Positions 9,105 to 18,684 of a DNA stretch of 64,000 bases are shown here, one piece after another (positions within the stretch are counted from its first letter, which is position 1; the number at the start of each line of letters is the position of its first letter). The notes beneath the pieces were generated by a model, which saw only the letters and a program-made list of their open reading frames with translations, was not told where the DNA came from and ran no database searches. This stretch comes from Candidatus Latescibacterota bacterium. Its GTDB lineage: Bacteria; Latescibacterota; UBA2968; UBA8231. Where the stretch lies: contig OZ241362.1 in NCBI GenBank assembly GCA_965200315.1, positions 3,680,001 to 3,744,000 of the forward strand, given 5' to 3'. Both the position numbers and the translations under genes were made by a program.

Positions 9105-11225
9105 ATGCAGCGCATTATTGCTTCGTGTTTCCTGCTCGTCCTGTCTATCGCGCCGGCGCACAGCCGCGGCGAGTTTCGCGTCGGGGGAGACGACGGCAAC
9201 CCTTGGCCCAGCCTGCTGTCTGAAGAAGGATCTGGCGAGTACTGGCTCTTTGATCCCGAAGGGCAGCGCGTGAGCTCCGCACCTGTGGGCGGCACGCCGC
9301 ACGGCGCGGCCGCCGACACCCTCATCGACTTTGCCGACAACGCCATCGGGCCGCGCTTCATTGACCCAGCGGTCAACCTAACCTTGATCGACCCCAATGC
9401 CTCGGACATCAACACTCTGCTGCCGTACACTGGAGGACAGATTCAGACGACCGACGGCTGCTCGGCCCGCGACGACCAAATCCGCGCCGTGAAAAAGCAA
9501 TTCGACGGCGATTTCACCACAGCCCACTTCCGCCGCTTCACTCCAGGCCAAGGCATCTTCAGCGGCGGCACATTCATCGCCGGAGTCACCGGCGAAGGCT
9601 GGAAAAACTCCGTGGTCATAGACTTTCGCGCCGCTGTGCCGGTCAACCGCATCCGCTTTCTTCCCCGCCTCGGCCAAGAGGACGACCTATTGCTCATTGA
9701 GGAGCTCACGGCACCCCAGCCTCCGCTGGAGGCCTTTGGCGAAGACAGCTTCGCCGCCAATTTCCTCGCCTGGTACGAGTTGCGCAAAGGCGACAACACC
9801 GTGCGCTTTGCCAACAGCCCCTGCGACCGAGTCAGCCTCGTCACTAAGGGCCTGCGCTGGGTCCGCAACCAAGACCCCGCGCTTATCGTAATCGAATCCA
9901 ACCGCGAAAATCTCGATCCCGTAGTAGAACTGCGCTTCCCCACCGAGTCGATCCGCTACATCACTGCCCAAGCCTTTCCCCTGCGCGACTGGGAGGTCGC
10001 CGAATTTGAGGTGTACGGCGAGGGCTTTGTCGAAGAGACCGTCCTCGTCACCCAGATCCTCGACTTTGGCCAGTCGATTAACTGGGGCAAAATTCGCTGG
10101 GACGCCGACGTGCCCGCAGGCACCCGCATTGAGGTCCGCACCCGCACTGGCAACTCGCCCGATCCCAGCCTCTACTTCGACGAAAATATCAACGGCGACA
10201 TCCGCCCCATCACCTTGGCTGCCTACGAAAAACTCGATCCGTCCGGCCGCTTGCCCACCGTGTACGACACTGACAACTGGAGTTTCTGGTCGCCGCCCTA
10301 CGACTTTGCCGCGGGCTTGCGCGACAGCGACGCGCCGGCCGAGGCGTGGCGCGACGGCACACCGCTTTTGTCGCCCGGGCCGAGCCGCTACATCCAGCTC
10401 GCCTTTCGCCTGTTTTCTACCTTTACCACTGCGCCCCGCATCCGCTCATTCACGCTCCAATTCGGCAATGCACCGGCTGCCCGCGAAATCCTCGGCGAAG
10501 TGTGGCCCATTGCCGTCGATTCCTTCGCGCCCACGGAATTTACGTACGTCGTCCGGCCGGAATTCAGCGTCGACGACACCGGCTTCGACCGGTTAGAAAT
10601 CCTCACCCACGCCCACGCCCGCGCCGTCGCTGCGGTCAAGCGCGACGGCACCGAACTCGACTTGACCGACTTCGTCCCCGATATCCAAGCCGACCGCCTC
10701 GTGGTCTCCTTCCCCCGTCTGCAAGGCGAGGACGATAGCTTCAAACAGCTCGAAGTAAGTTTTGTGGTGCCGGTCTTGCGCTTTGGCACCGAGTTTTCGG
10801 GTTGGGTCTTCGACAGCAACGATCCCGACCAGATCAAACAGCAAGTTCGCCCGGGCAACGCCACCTTTCGCTTTTCGGGCGATGCCCTCGCCATCAATAC
10901 GCCTGTCGGCGGCCGGCTCCTCGTCGATATTGCGGTGACGTCCAACCCACTTACGCCGAATGGCGACGGGCTGAACGAGACCGTGGAAATTGCCTACAAG
11001 CTGCGCGAAGTTACGGCTAGTCGCCCGGTGCGCCTGGCGATCTACAACCTCGCCGGCCAGCTCGTGGTCGAATTGCCGCCCATCACCGCTCGCAGCGGCG
11101 AATTCGCCCATCGCTGGGACGGCCGCAACGCGGCTCGGCAACTCGTGCCTCCGGGCACCTATATCTGGCGACTGCAACTAGAAGAGAAAGAGGAACGCGC
11201 CGGCATCCTCGCGGTCGCGTATTGA
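9105..11225 (+). CDS. Secreted protein, paralog of 6849-8939, with C-terminal FlgD-Ig/CTD-like domain
   Basis: Signal peptide. Shared motifs EVY/FGxGF, RTRTG, WSxxS, SPxPxRY. Tail NPLTPNGDGLNE..WDGRN..VPPGTY..LAVAY. Confidence 0.8.
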   Translation: MQRIIASCFLLVLSIAPAHSRGEFRVGGDDGNPWPSLLSEEGSGEYWLFDPEGQRVSSAPVGGTPHGAAADTLIDFADNAIGPRFIDPAVNLTLIDPNASDINTLLPYTGGQIQTTDGCSARDDQIRAVKKQFDGDFTTAHFRRFTPGQGIFSGGTFIAGVTGEGWKNSVVIDFRAAVPVNRIRFLPRLGQEDDLLLIEELTAPQPPLEAFGEDSFAANFLAWYELRKGDNTVRFANSPCDRVSLVTKGLRWVRNQDPALIVIESNRENLDPVVELRFPTESIRYITAQAFPLRDWEVAEFEVYGEGFVEETVLVTQILDFGQSINWGKIRWDADVPAGTRIEVRTRTGNSPDPSLYFDENINGDIRPITLAAYEKLDPSGRLPTVYDTDNWSFWSPPYDFAAGLRDSDAPAEAWRDGTPLLSPGPSRYIQLAFRLFSTFTTAPRIRSFTLQFGNAPAAREILGEVWPIAVDSFAPTEFTYVVRPEFSVDDTGFDRLEILTHAHARAVAAVKRDGTELDLTDFVPDIQADRLVVSFPRLQGEDDSFKQLEVSFVVPVLRFGTEFSGWVFDSNDPDQIKQQVRPGNATFRFSGDALAINTPVGGRLLVDIAVTSNPLTPNGDGLNETVEIAYKLREVTASRPVRLAIYNLAGQLVVELPPITARSGEFAHRWDGRNAARQLVPPGTYIWRLQLEEKEERAGILAVAY

Positions 11226-11572
11226 CAAATGCTGTGGGTGCGCCACGATTTAGCAGGGGTAGTGCGCTGACAGAAAAGCAGGAACCCATACGCTTTATTG
11301 GTTGTAGATTAGCAAACGTCGTGTTGGCGGACGAAGAGGGCAATGCTCATCTCTATGTCCGCGATATTAGTGAGTACCTGCGCCCGTATCTTTCCCAGAT
11401 TCAAGTTGAGCTGTGGGGTCCTCCCCTTCCTGATCTACCCCAGCAAGGTAAATCTGAATTCGGCATTCTAACCACAAGCTCTCCCGCTTGGCAACCTGTC
11501 GTCCCTTCTACTACTGCCACGAGCGTCGAGTCCCAGTCGTGGGGACGGATCAAATCGCTGCTTTCCCATTAA
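11222..11572 (+). pseudogene. C-terminal fragment of a secreted protein with WGxIK tail
   Basis: No convincing start or signal peptide; ends TATSVESQSWGRIKSLLSH. Confidence 0.5.
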
Positions 11573-11609
11573 TCGCGTCTCGTCTGTAAACCTACAGGCA
11601 CCAGCGTAG

Positions 11610-11650
11610 CAGAAGCCCCCAGCCCTACATCAGGGCGGGGGCTTCTGTTT
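11610..11650 (+). terminator. Intrinsic terminator
   Basis: CAGAAGCCCCC..GGGGGCTTCTG stem followed by TTT. Confidence 0.65.
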
Positions 11651-11710
11651 GCCGATCTGGGCACTCAGGTATATAACTACCATTTTTTTTGTAGAAACGC
11701 GAGGAATCAC

Positions 11711-11740
11711 TTGACACCTAAGTGTTTTTTTTTTTAGACT
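11711..11740 (+). promoter_or_regulatory. Sigma70 promoter with T11 tract in the spacer
   Basis: TTGACA (11711)-18 bp-TAGACT (11735); T run at 11725-11735. Confidence 0.65.
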
Positions 11741-11817
11741 TACGCCATCTTTGAGCTTGGGCATAGACCCTTTATTTACACCGCATTTCTCACTTCTTCC
11801 TTAGGAGGATTTTCTCT

Positions 11818-12720
11818 ATGAAAGAGCGGAGCAAATTCGTCTTAGCAGCAGCTTTGGTCATGGGCTTTTGCGGCACGTCCTTTGGCCATGCGCCTCCCGG
11901 CGAGCTCTATTTCGCCGTGCAGTTCCCCGACAATCTCGTCCCCACCATGGACGGCGATCTGTCGGATTGGGACGTCGTGCCGATCGATCCGTACACCATT
12001 CGCAACGACCGCCTCTATTCGCCGGTGGCCGACATCCAGCCCGTGGGCCGTGGCGAAATCGATGTCAGCGATATCAACATCCGCCACCTCATCGGCTGGA
12101 ACGACAACGCGAATAAGCTCTACTACATGACCGAGGTCTTCGACAATGTCCACAACTTGGACCGCGAAAATCCCTCGGCCTTCTGGCAGGACGACGCCTG
12201 GGAAGTAGAGGTCAACCCGGACCACACGCCGACCGAAGAGCACAACCAAGAAGGCGAGCCGGCCAACAACTTTAGCTACAAGTGGGCCGTGCCTCCGGTG
12301 GAAGGTGCCTATCAGTTCTACCGCCCGGTGCGGGCACTGGAGTGGTTCGTGGATGGCAGCGACTTCATCACTTTCGGCTGGGGCTACGACGGCGAGCAGT
12401 TCGGCGAGAGCACCTATTACTACGAATTGGCCATCACGCCGATCACCTCAATGCCCAACGACGAATCGGCCACCCCAGAGCAAGCTGTGATCTTCGACCT
12501 CGCGGAAAACGAGATCATCCACACGTCTGTAACTGTGGGCGACTTCGACGAGGCGTGCACCGAGTGTGTGCTCGAAAGCTATCAGGGTTTCTGGACCATG
12601 TCGCCGGAAAGCTGCTGCACAGCGACCAACGACGTGGTGCTGGCCGAGATGGAGCCCTCGCTGGCGTCCATGACCGCCGTTGAGGACGTGAGCTGGGGCC
12701 AGATCAAGGCCGCTTACTAA
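11818..12720 (+). CDS. Secreted acidic protein (CBM9/DOMON-like) with WGxIK tail
   Basis: AGGAGG RBS, signal peptide, PTMDGDLSDW motif; ends TAVEDVSWGQIKAAY. Confidence 0.75.
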   Translation: MKERSKFVLAAALVMGFCGTSFGHAPPGELYFAVQFPDNLVPTMDGDLSDWDVVPIDPYTIRNDRLYSPVADIQPVGRGEIDVSDINIRHLIGWNDNANKLYYMTEVFDNVHNLDRENPSAFWQDDAWEVEVNPDHTPTEEHNQEGEPANNFSYKWAVPPVEGAYQFYRPVRALEWFVDGSDFITFGWGYDGEQFGESTYYYELAITPITSMPNDESATPEQAVIFDLAENEIIHTSVTVGDFDEACTECVLESYQGFWTMSPESCCTATNDVVLAEMEPSLASMTAVEDVSWGQIKAAY

Positions 12721-12749
12721 CAGCTACGACAGCGTCTTCAGGGTATGCG

Positions 12750-12789
12750 AAACGCCCTGCTTCCTTCGGGGAGCAGGGCGTTTGTGTTG
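12750..12789 (+). terminator. Intrinsic terminator
   Basis: AAACGCCCTGCTTCC-TTCG-GGGAGCAGGGCGTTT. Confidence 0.8.
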
Positions 12790-12842
12790 AGAGCAATCTG
12801 TAGCTACGGAAGGGCGTACTTGAGAATGATCTGAACGGCCAC

Positions 12843-13574
12843 TTAAGCGCCGAGCATCTCCTTCATCTTAGCGGCCACCCAATCAATGGCCACATCGGCC
12901 ATCACCCGCCCCTTTTTGGGCGTGGCCAAGTCGCGGCCCGCCTCAAAGTAAACCGGGTCGCGCGGCGCGTAGCTCTCGCTCTGGATCTGGAGATTGGCCC
13001 CCTCGTAATCGACCCCCTTCCACTGCACGTTTTCGGGAAATGCCGCCATGGCAAACGACGTCTCAAACTCGGCCGCATGCGCCGGGCAGTCCCCGGACTC
13101 CAACACCTCGGCGACCAACTCCTCCGAATACGCCGCCCAATACGAATAAAACTGCACGTCCATGTCCAGCCGCTTGCTGAACTCCTCGACTTGGCCGCCC
13201 AAAGGGCCGTTGCCGGCGTGGCCATTGCATATTAGGACGTGCTCAATCCCGTGCCGCTTGAGCGATTCGCACACGTCGTAGGCCACGGCAAAAAAGGTCT
13301 CTGGCCGCAGGCTCAAGGTGCCGGGGAACTCCATCCAGTGCTCGGATATGCCGATGGATAGAGGCGTGGCCACCACCACTTGCGGATAGAGCTGTAAGGC
13401 CGCTTGGTGCGCCACATGCGCCGCACTCGCAGTATCGTGCTCCATCGCCAAGTGCTCGTTGTGCTGCTCGGTGCTACCAGTCGGCAAAATCGCCCCTTTG
13501 ATCAGGCCCTGTTCCAGCCGCTCGCGCACGTGGCGGCGCGTCAATTTCCACAGCCGTACTTCTTCGACGATCAT
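12843..13574 (-). CDS. Creatininase/mycofactocin peptidase family amidohydrolase
   Basis: PTGSTEQHNEHL, GISEHW, NGHAGN, HAAEFETS. Confidence 0.85.
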   Translation of the reverse strand: MIVEEVRLWKLTRRHVRERLEQGLIKGAILPTGSTEQHNEHLAMEHDTASAAHVAHQAALQLYPQVVVATPLSIGISEHWMEFPGTLSLRPETFFAVAYDVCESLKRHGIEHVLICNGHAGNGPLGGQVEEFSKRLDMDVQFYSYWAAYSEELVAEVLESGDCPAHAAEFETSFAMAAFPENVQWKGVDYEGANLQIQSESYAPRDPVYFEAGRDLATPKKGRVMADVAIDWVAAKMKEMLGA

Positions 13575-13594
13575 TGGTTTTCTCCTTTGTCGCG

Positions 13595-13623
13595 TTGACG
13601 GGTATATTCGGAGGCCCTATCAT
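13595..13623 (+). promoter_or_regulatory. Sigma70 promoter
   Basis: TTGACG-17 bp-TATCAT upstream of 13688. Confidence 0.6.
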
Positions 13624-13687
13624 GCACAATTAATTGGCCGCCGACAACTCTTTGTCCGTCTCCTATTCTTAAAAGCAGAGGAATCCC

Positions 13688-14602
13688 ATGCACATCGCTT
13701 GCTGTTTTTTGCTCTTAGCCGCCCTGCCACTAGCCGCCCAAACCGACCAGTACGAAGGCTTTACTGGTTTTTGGCTCAAAAACGACCGCGCCGAAGCCTT
13801 TGCCATCGCCACGCCTTATCCGCGAGTCCTCGCCTTTCGCCTCAAAGGCGGCGAAAACCCCCTCCATGTCTCCCGCGAATACGAATACATCGGTGTGCGA
13901 TCGTGGTTTTTTGAGCCGACCCAGATTCCCGAATCCGGGCTACCGGCCCTGCAACCGGCCACCGCTGAGAAGACCGGCGCACGCTCCGTGCGCCTCACCG
14001 CCGCCCCAGACGACAGCTCGGGTTTGCGCTTGACTATGGAGGTTGCACTTGACGCCGAACGACCAATGCTCCACATCCGCCACGGTTTCAAAAACATGCG
14101 CGACAAACCGCGCCGCATCGCCTGCTGGGCCCTCAACGTCATCCGCCCCGATGCAGGAGTAGGCGTCACCCCGTGGCGCACAGAGGCCCGCCGCAGTCTG
14201 CTATTCTGGCCGAACACCGACCCGGACGAGGACGGCATCTACTTAGGGCCTAGAGCACTGGCGTTGGATTATCGAATAAAGCCGCAAAACGGCTGGCAAA
14301 AGGTCGGCACCAACAGCGACGCTGGCTGGGTCGCTTTCGTCTGGAACGAGACCGCGCTCAAATCCACCGTCGCCCACGTTGCCGAGGCCGAATACCCGGA
14401 AGACGGCGGCACGGTGACCATGTTCAATTCCACGCCTGAAGTGTTCGACGGCAAGCCGCGCTTTGGTGAAATCGAAAACGTCGGCCCGTTAAGCGAGTTG
14501 ATGCCGGGGGACACTTTGTGGATGGAACAAGAGCTGGAGTTGGTTACCGGAATTGAGGGCGACGACCCGGAAAGCTGGGTCGAAGTGTTAGGGGGCCCAT
14601 AG
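13688..14602 (+). CDS. Secreted hypothetical protein (mutarotase-like fold suspected)
   Basis: Signal peptide; YPRVLAF, ACWALN, YPEDG, EIENVGPL motifs. Confidence 0.65.
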   Translation: MHIACCFLLLAALPLAAQTDQYEGFTGFWLKNDRAEAFAIATPYPRVLAFRLKGGENPLHVSREYEYIGVRSWFFEPTQIPESGLPALQPATAEKTGARSVRLTAAPDDSSGLRLTMEVALDAERPMLHIRHGFKNMRDKPRRIACWALNVIRPDAGVGVTPWRTEARRSLLFWPNTDPDEDGIYLGPRALALDYRIKPQNGWQKVGTNSDAGWVAFVWNETALKSTVAHVAEAEYPEDGGTVTMFNSTPEVFDGKPRFGEIENVGPLSELMPGDTLWMEQELELVTGIEGDDPESWVEVLGGP

Positions 14603-14747
14603 CGGCCTAACCCGAGAAAATCAGGCCGTACGGCTTAGAGACGCGGACCAATGTTGGGTGGAGATGCTAGCGGAAGAACAATAGAGTTAGGCCCTTACTA
14701 CGCGACCCCCTCTGGCCCGCCTGCCTGCTTGAGATGCGCCCATGCCT

Positions 14748-16223
14748 TCACGCCCGCCACAAGTCGAGCTGCGGCCGGTCGGCGATTTGCATTAGCGACC
14801 CATCCGCCGCAAAAGGCATCCGCCCGCCAATGCAGTAGGTACACAAGTCCTGCTCGCGCAGACCGGCGCGGGCAAAAGCTTTGTGCATGCCCTCCCGCGA
14901 CAAGTACACCACCGGCATCTCTATAAGCTCGGCGAGCTCCTCCGGCGTGCGACCGCGCGCGATAAACTCCTCGCCCGACGGCGGATTCGGCGGCATATCC
15001 ACCCCAAAGACGCATCCCCTCGGCACGCCATCATCGCCAACGATGCCAATCGGCGGCGTGTAACTGACCAAATAGGCCCGTTTGACCCCGGCCTCCTTGT
15101 ACAGCAAGTCGCGGGTGCGCTTGGAGTTGTTGCCGCGCACAATGCTGTCGTCAATAAGGATCACGGTTTTGCCCTTGAGCTTTTGCGTCATGCCCGGCAA
15201 AAGATGCAGATTCTGGCCGATGGACGCCCTGCGCTCTTCTGCGGTAGAACCCTGAAATGAGCGCTCGCCGCGCATCTTGTACAACACTCGTTCAAAGGGC
15301 AACCCCGCCTGCTTGGCGTACGCACGTGCCGCCACTTCTGGACAGCGCGGCAGGTACGTCACCAAATCGGCATCGGCCGGGCAAAATTCCTCGCTCAGCA
15401 CTTCCCCGAGGGACTCGCGGATGCGGCGTACGCTAACGCCGTTGATGATCGAGTCGAGGTCGGTGATGTAGTTCCACTCAAAGAAGCAATAGGCCAAATC
15501 CGGCTCGACGATGATGTCCTTGCTGTAGTCGCCTTCGGGCGTGAGATAGTAAATCGCCCCGGGCTCCATATCCTCGACGTATTCGCCGCCGTTTTTGCGA
15601 AACGCGATGTCCTCGGAGGCGATCCCGTACTTGCCGTCCTTCCACCCTAAGACGCCGGGCTTGATGCCCGTGTGGTCGCGCATGGCGATCACGGTGCGCT
15701 CGCGCTTGTCGGCGATGGCAATGGTGTAGGCCCCGGGGACCTCCTTGAGGAAATTGTGTCGGCCTTGTGCGCGGTATAGGTGCAGCAGGCCCACGGTGTC
15801 GCAGTTCAAATGCAGAGGAAGAGGAATCGCGTCTTGAAAGAAGACCGGATCGACTTGGCCATTGTGGACCGCCGCTATATCGCAGTCCCAGACCAAGATG
15901 TGATTCTCGCGGTTTTCGACCGTGCCTCCGAGAACGTGCGGGTGAGCCTCCTCGAGAATTTTGTCCTTGGAGCCGCGGGTGGCATAGCGCACATGGGCCA
16001 TGTACGTGTGGTAGTTGGGGCTGTGAAAAATTTTGTGCAAATCGGTTACGTCGAAGCGCGAGACCCCTCCCTTCCACTTGATCACGTCGATGCGGCCATC
16101 GCCTACTGCGGCGATGCCGGCGGCCTCTCGCCCTCGATGTTGCAGCGAGTGGATGAAGCGATAGGCGTCGTGCAAGGTGTGGGCTACGGTCAAACCGCAG
16201 TTGTGGCGAACGACTTCGGCCAT
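14748..16223 (-). CDS. purF: Amidophosphoribosyltransferase (divergent)
   Basis: Ntn Cys after a short propeptide (HNCG), LQHRGREAAG, HVRYAT, HNGQ, PRT motif IDDSIVRG, Fe-S Cys (CFFE, CVFG, CTYC). Confidence 0.85.
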   Translation of the reverse strand: MAEVVRHNCGLTVAHTLHDAYRFIHSLQHRGREAAGIAAVGDGRIDVIKWKGGVSRFDVTDLHKIFHSPNYHTYMAHVRYATRGSKDKILEEAHPHVLGGTVENRENHILVWDCDIAAVHNGQVDPVFFQDAIPLPLHLNCDTVGLLHLYRAQGRHNFLKEVPGAYTIAIADKRERTVIAMRDHTGIKPGVLGWKDGKYGIASEDIAFRKNGGEYVEDMEPGAIYYLTPEGDYSKDIIVEPDLAYCFFEWNYITDLDSIINGVSVRRIRESLGEVLSEEFCPADADLVTYLPRCPEVAARAYAKQAGLPFERVLYKMRGERSFQGSTAEERRASIGQNLHLLPGMTQKLKGKTVILIDDSIVRGNNSKRTRDLLYKEAGVKRAYLVSYTPPIGIVGDDGVPRGCVFGVDMPPNPPSGEEFIARGRTPEELAELIEMPVVYLSREGMHKAFARAGLREQDLCTYCIGGRMPFAADGSLMQIADRPQLDLWRA

Positions 16224-16303
16224 AGACGTATCTCACGGAAAAACGTAAAGGGAATGCAACGGAAAAAGTACGGGCGACCGCGCCACACGGCAAGGCCGCG
16301 ACA

Positions 16304-17674
16304 CTACATCGCCAGAATCAGCTCTTGTGCCAACAGCAACTCAACCGTCTGGGCAAACGCCGTGGTCGCCTCTTCGACATCTTGAGCCGTGTGCGCCGAC
16401 GAGAGTACGCCGCCGGTGGAGCTCATGTTATCGACCCCATAAAAGCGCAGACTGCGCTGGTACTCTTCGAGCAGCTTCCCCGGCATCCCCTTGAGCCGCT
16501 CGGCCTCGGTCGTGTGCAAGCCCGCCCGGCCGTGGGCCTTTTGTACGCGCTGGGGATCGGTTTCAAAATAGACGTGGAAGGTCGAACACACCCCGTACAC
16601 GTATCCAGCGATACCTCGGCACTCCAGTACTTCGTCCCAAGCGGTGCGCAGCTCAGCGGCGCGGGCATTGGCTTGGTCTATCGGCTCGCCCGTGGCTATG
16701 CGCTCGAGCACGGAGATCCCGGCCGCGGCCGAAAGCGGTGCCCCGTTAAAAGTCCCTTGGTGCGCCACGCGCGGGCGGGCATCGTCCGTCACGTCGAAGA
16801 GCTCCATAATGTCCGCCCGTCCCACCACAGCCCCGCCGGGCATGCCACCGGCGACCACCTTGGCAAAACAAGACAGGTCCGGCCGCAGCCCGTAGAGCAC
16901 TTGCGCACCGCCCGGACTGAAGCGGAAGCCGGTGACGACCTCGTCGAAAATCAGCACTACCCCGCGCTCTCTGGTCATCGTTTGCAGATCGCGCAAAAAC
17001 TCCGCTGCCAAAGGTACTCGGCCCCACGACCCTCCCGATGGCTCGATAATCGCCGCCGCAATATCGCCCTCTGCGTCGAGAACATCGGCTACGTGGTCCG
17101 CATCTCCCGCCGGTACGCAGACCACGTGCTCGCGCACCTGCGGCGGGATGCCCAACGAACCGTCCGCGTCAAAGGGCGGCTGCACGCCGCGCATCACGTC
17201 GTCGTGCCACCCGTGGAAGTGGCCGGCAAAGCGCAGTATTTTGCGGCGGCCGGTAAACGCCCGCGCCAAGCGCAGCGCCAGCAGGGTCGCCTCCGTCCCC
17301 GAATTGACCAAGCGCACGCGCTCGGCCGAAGGGACCAGTGCCTGTATGCGCTCGGCCCACTCGATGTGCAGTGGATGGTCGTTGCCAAAGTGCGTCCCGC
17401 ACCCCACCGCCTCGGCGATGGCTGCTACGACTTCGGCGGGCGCGTGCCCCAAAAGCAGAGCACCATTGCCGAGCAGGAAGTCGATGTACTCGTTGCCATC
17501 GACATCCCACTTGCGGCCGCCAGCCCCCCGCTCGATGTAGAGCGGCACTGGCGTTGCATAGCGCAGGTCGTGTCCCACCTTGCCGCCGAGCACCTTGCAG
17601 GCGCGGTCAAAGTACTCCTGAGACCGAGGGCGCGCCGCTTTGTAGGCCGCGTATATTTCGCTGTGCATCGCCAT
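16304..17674 (-). CDS. Class III PLP aminotransferase (glutamate-1-semialdehyde aminomutase-like)
   Basis: WDVDGNEYID, NSGTEAT, FHGWHD, IFDEVVTGFR, FAKVVAGGMP. Start taken at ATG 17674 after AGAAAGG. Confidence 0.85.
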   Translation of the reverse strand: MAMHSEIYAAYKAARPRSQEYFDRACKVLGGKVGHDLRYATPVPLYIERGAGGRKWDVDGNEYIDFLLGNGALLLGHAPAEVVAAIAEAVGCGTHFGNDHPLHIEWAERIQALVPSAERVRLVNSGTEATLLALRLARAFTGRRKILRFAGHFHGWHDDVMRGVQPPFDADGSLGIPPQVREHVVCVPAGDADHVADVLDAEGDIAAAIIEPSGGSWGRVPLAAEFLRDLQTMTRERGVVLIFDEVVTGFRFSPGGAQVLYGLRPDLSCFAKVVAGGMPGGAVVGRADIMELFDVTDDARPRVAHQGTFNGAPLSAAAGISVLERIATGEPIDQANARAAELRTAWDEVLECRGIAGYVYGVCSTFHVYFETDPQRVQKAHGRAGLHTTEAERLKGMPGKLLEEYQRSLRFYGVDNMSSTGGVLSSAHTAQDVEEATTAFAQTVELLLAQELILAM

Positions 17675-17685
17675 AGCCTTTCTAT

Positions 17686-18435
17686 CTACGACCGGCCGCC
17701 GCAGGCGGTAATTGTCTGTCCGGTGACAAAACTGGACTCTTCGGACAACAAAAAGCGCACCACCGACGCCATCTCGGCCGGATCGGCCATCCGTCCCAGC
17801 GGAGTGCTGGCGATGAGCTCGGCGACTTGGCCGGGGTTGGCCGAGCGCGCCAGCTCGGTATCCGTCAGCCCCGGCGCTAGGCAGTTGATCCGCACGTTGT
17901 GCTCGGCAAATGCTTGAGCGCATTGCCGGGTGAAGGCGATAACGGCTGCCTTCGTGGTGGCGTAGTGGATCATGTTCGGCTTGAGCAGCCAAGCGGCCAG
18001 CGAGGAGATATTGACGATCCGCCCAAAGCGGCGCGCGATCATCTCGTCCTTGACGGCCCAAGTAGTCAAAAACGGCCCGTGGACATTGACCGCAAACATC
18101 CTTTCCCACTCGGCAAAGCCGAACTCGCCGTGTTCTTGGGTATAGGCGATCCCGGCGTTGTTGACCAGCAATTCGACCGGCCCGAATGCCACGCGCACTT
18201 GAGCGACCATCCGCTCGACTTCTACCGGCTGCGACACGTCGGCTTGGACGGCCATGCCCTCGGTGCCGCACGCCTCGACCTCCGCCAAGCTCTCCTGCGC
18301 GGCCTCGGCGTTGTGTTGGTAGTTGATGGCGACCTTGGCTCCGTGTTCAGCCAGCATCTGGACGATGGCGCGGCCGATGCCGCGACTGCCGCCCGTTACC
18401 AAGGCGGTGCGCCCGGCAAAAATCGCGGTGGTCAT
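17686..18435 (-). CDS. SDR oxidoreductase (FabG-like)
   Basis: TGGSRGIG, NNAG, YATTK. Confidence 0.9.
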   Translation of the reverse strand: MTTAIFAGRTALVTGGSRGIGRAIVQMLAEHGAKVAINYQHNAEAAQESLAEVEACGTEGMAVQADVSQPVEVERMVAQVRVAFGPVELLVNNAGIAYTQEHGEFGFAEWERMFAVNVHGPFLTTWAVKDEMIARRFGRIVNISSLAAWLLKPNMIHYATTKAAVIAFTRQCAQAFAEHNVRINCLAPGLTDTELARSANPGQVAELIASTPLGRMADPAEMASVVRFLLSEESSFVTGQTITACGGRS

Positions 18436-18477
18436 GTGTGTTGGCTTTCGTTGTTGGGAGAAATTTTGATGATAGCG

Positions 18478-18511
18478 CAAAAAGGGGCCGGGAGCAATCC
18501 CGACCCCTCTT
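18478..18511 (-). terminator. Intrinsic terminator
   Basis: Minus strand AGGGGTCGGGA-TTGC-TCCCGGCCCCTTTTT. Confidence 0.7.
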
Positions 18512-18623
18512 CTCGAACTTAGGCTAGTCTGGTGCTTTGGTGCTCTCCGCGATTTTGGCGACGATCTCTTGAGTATCGTGCAATACGCTCAGCCGTTCCG
18601 CGATCTGCCCCTGTGCATGTATT

Positions 18624-18663
18624 AAAAAAAGCGGCCACACCCTTTATGGATGCAGCCGCTTTG
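18624..18663 (-). terminator. Intrinsic terminator of the PII gene
   Basis: Minus strand AAAGCGGCTGCATCC..GGGTGTGGCCGCTTTTTTT. Confidence 0.75.
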
Positions 18664-18684
18664 GAAGAGCTTCTGTGGCCGGCT

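Noticed and set aside
11610-11650. IS200/IS605-like end hairpin
   Set aside because: No tnpA/tnpB nearby; position and T tail fit a terminator.
16325-17917. 530-aa + strand ORF and many similar long overlapping ORFs
   Set aside because: Antisense shadows of real genes in GC-rich DNA, with no motifs.
17675-18271. 655-aa version of the aminotransferase
   Set aside because: The extension is an off-frame reading of the SDR gene; the RBS supports ATG 17674.
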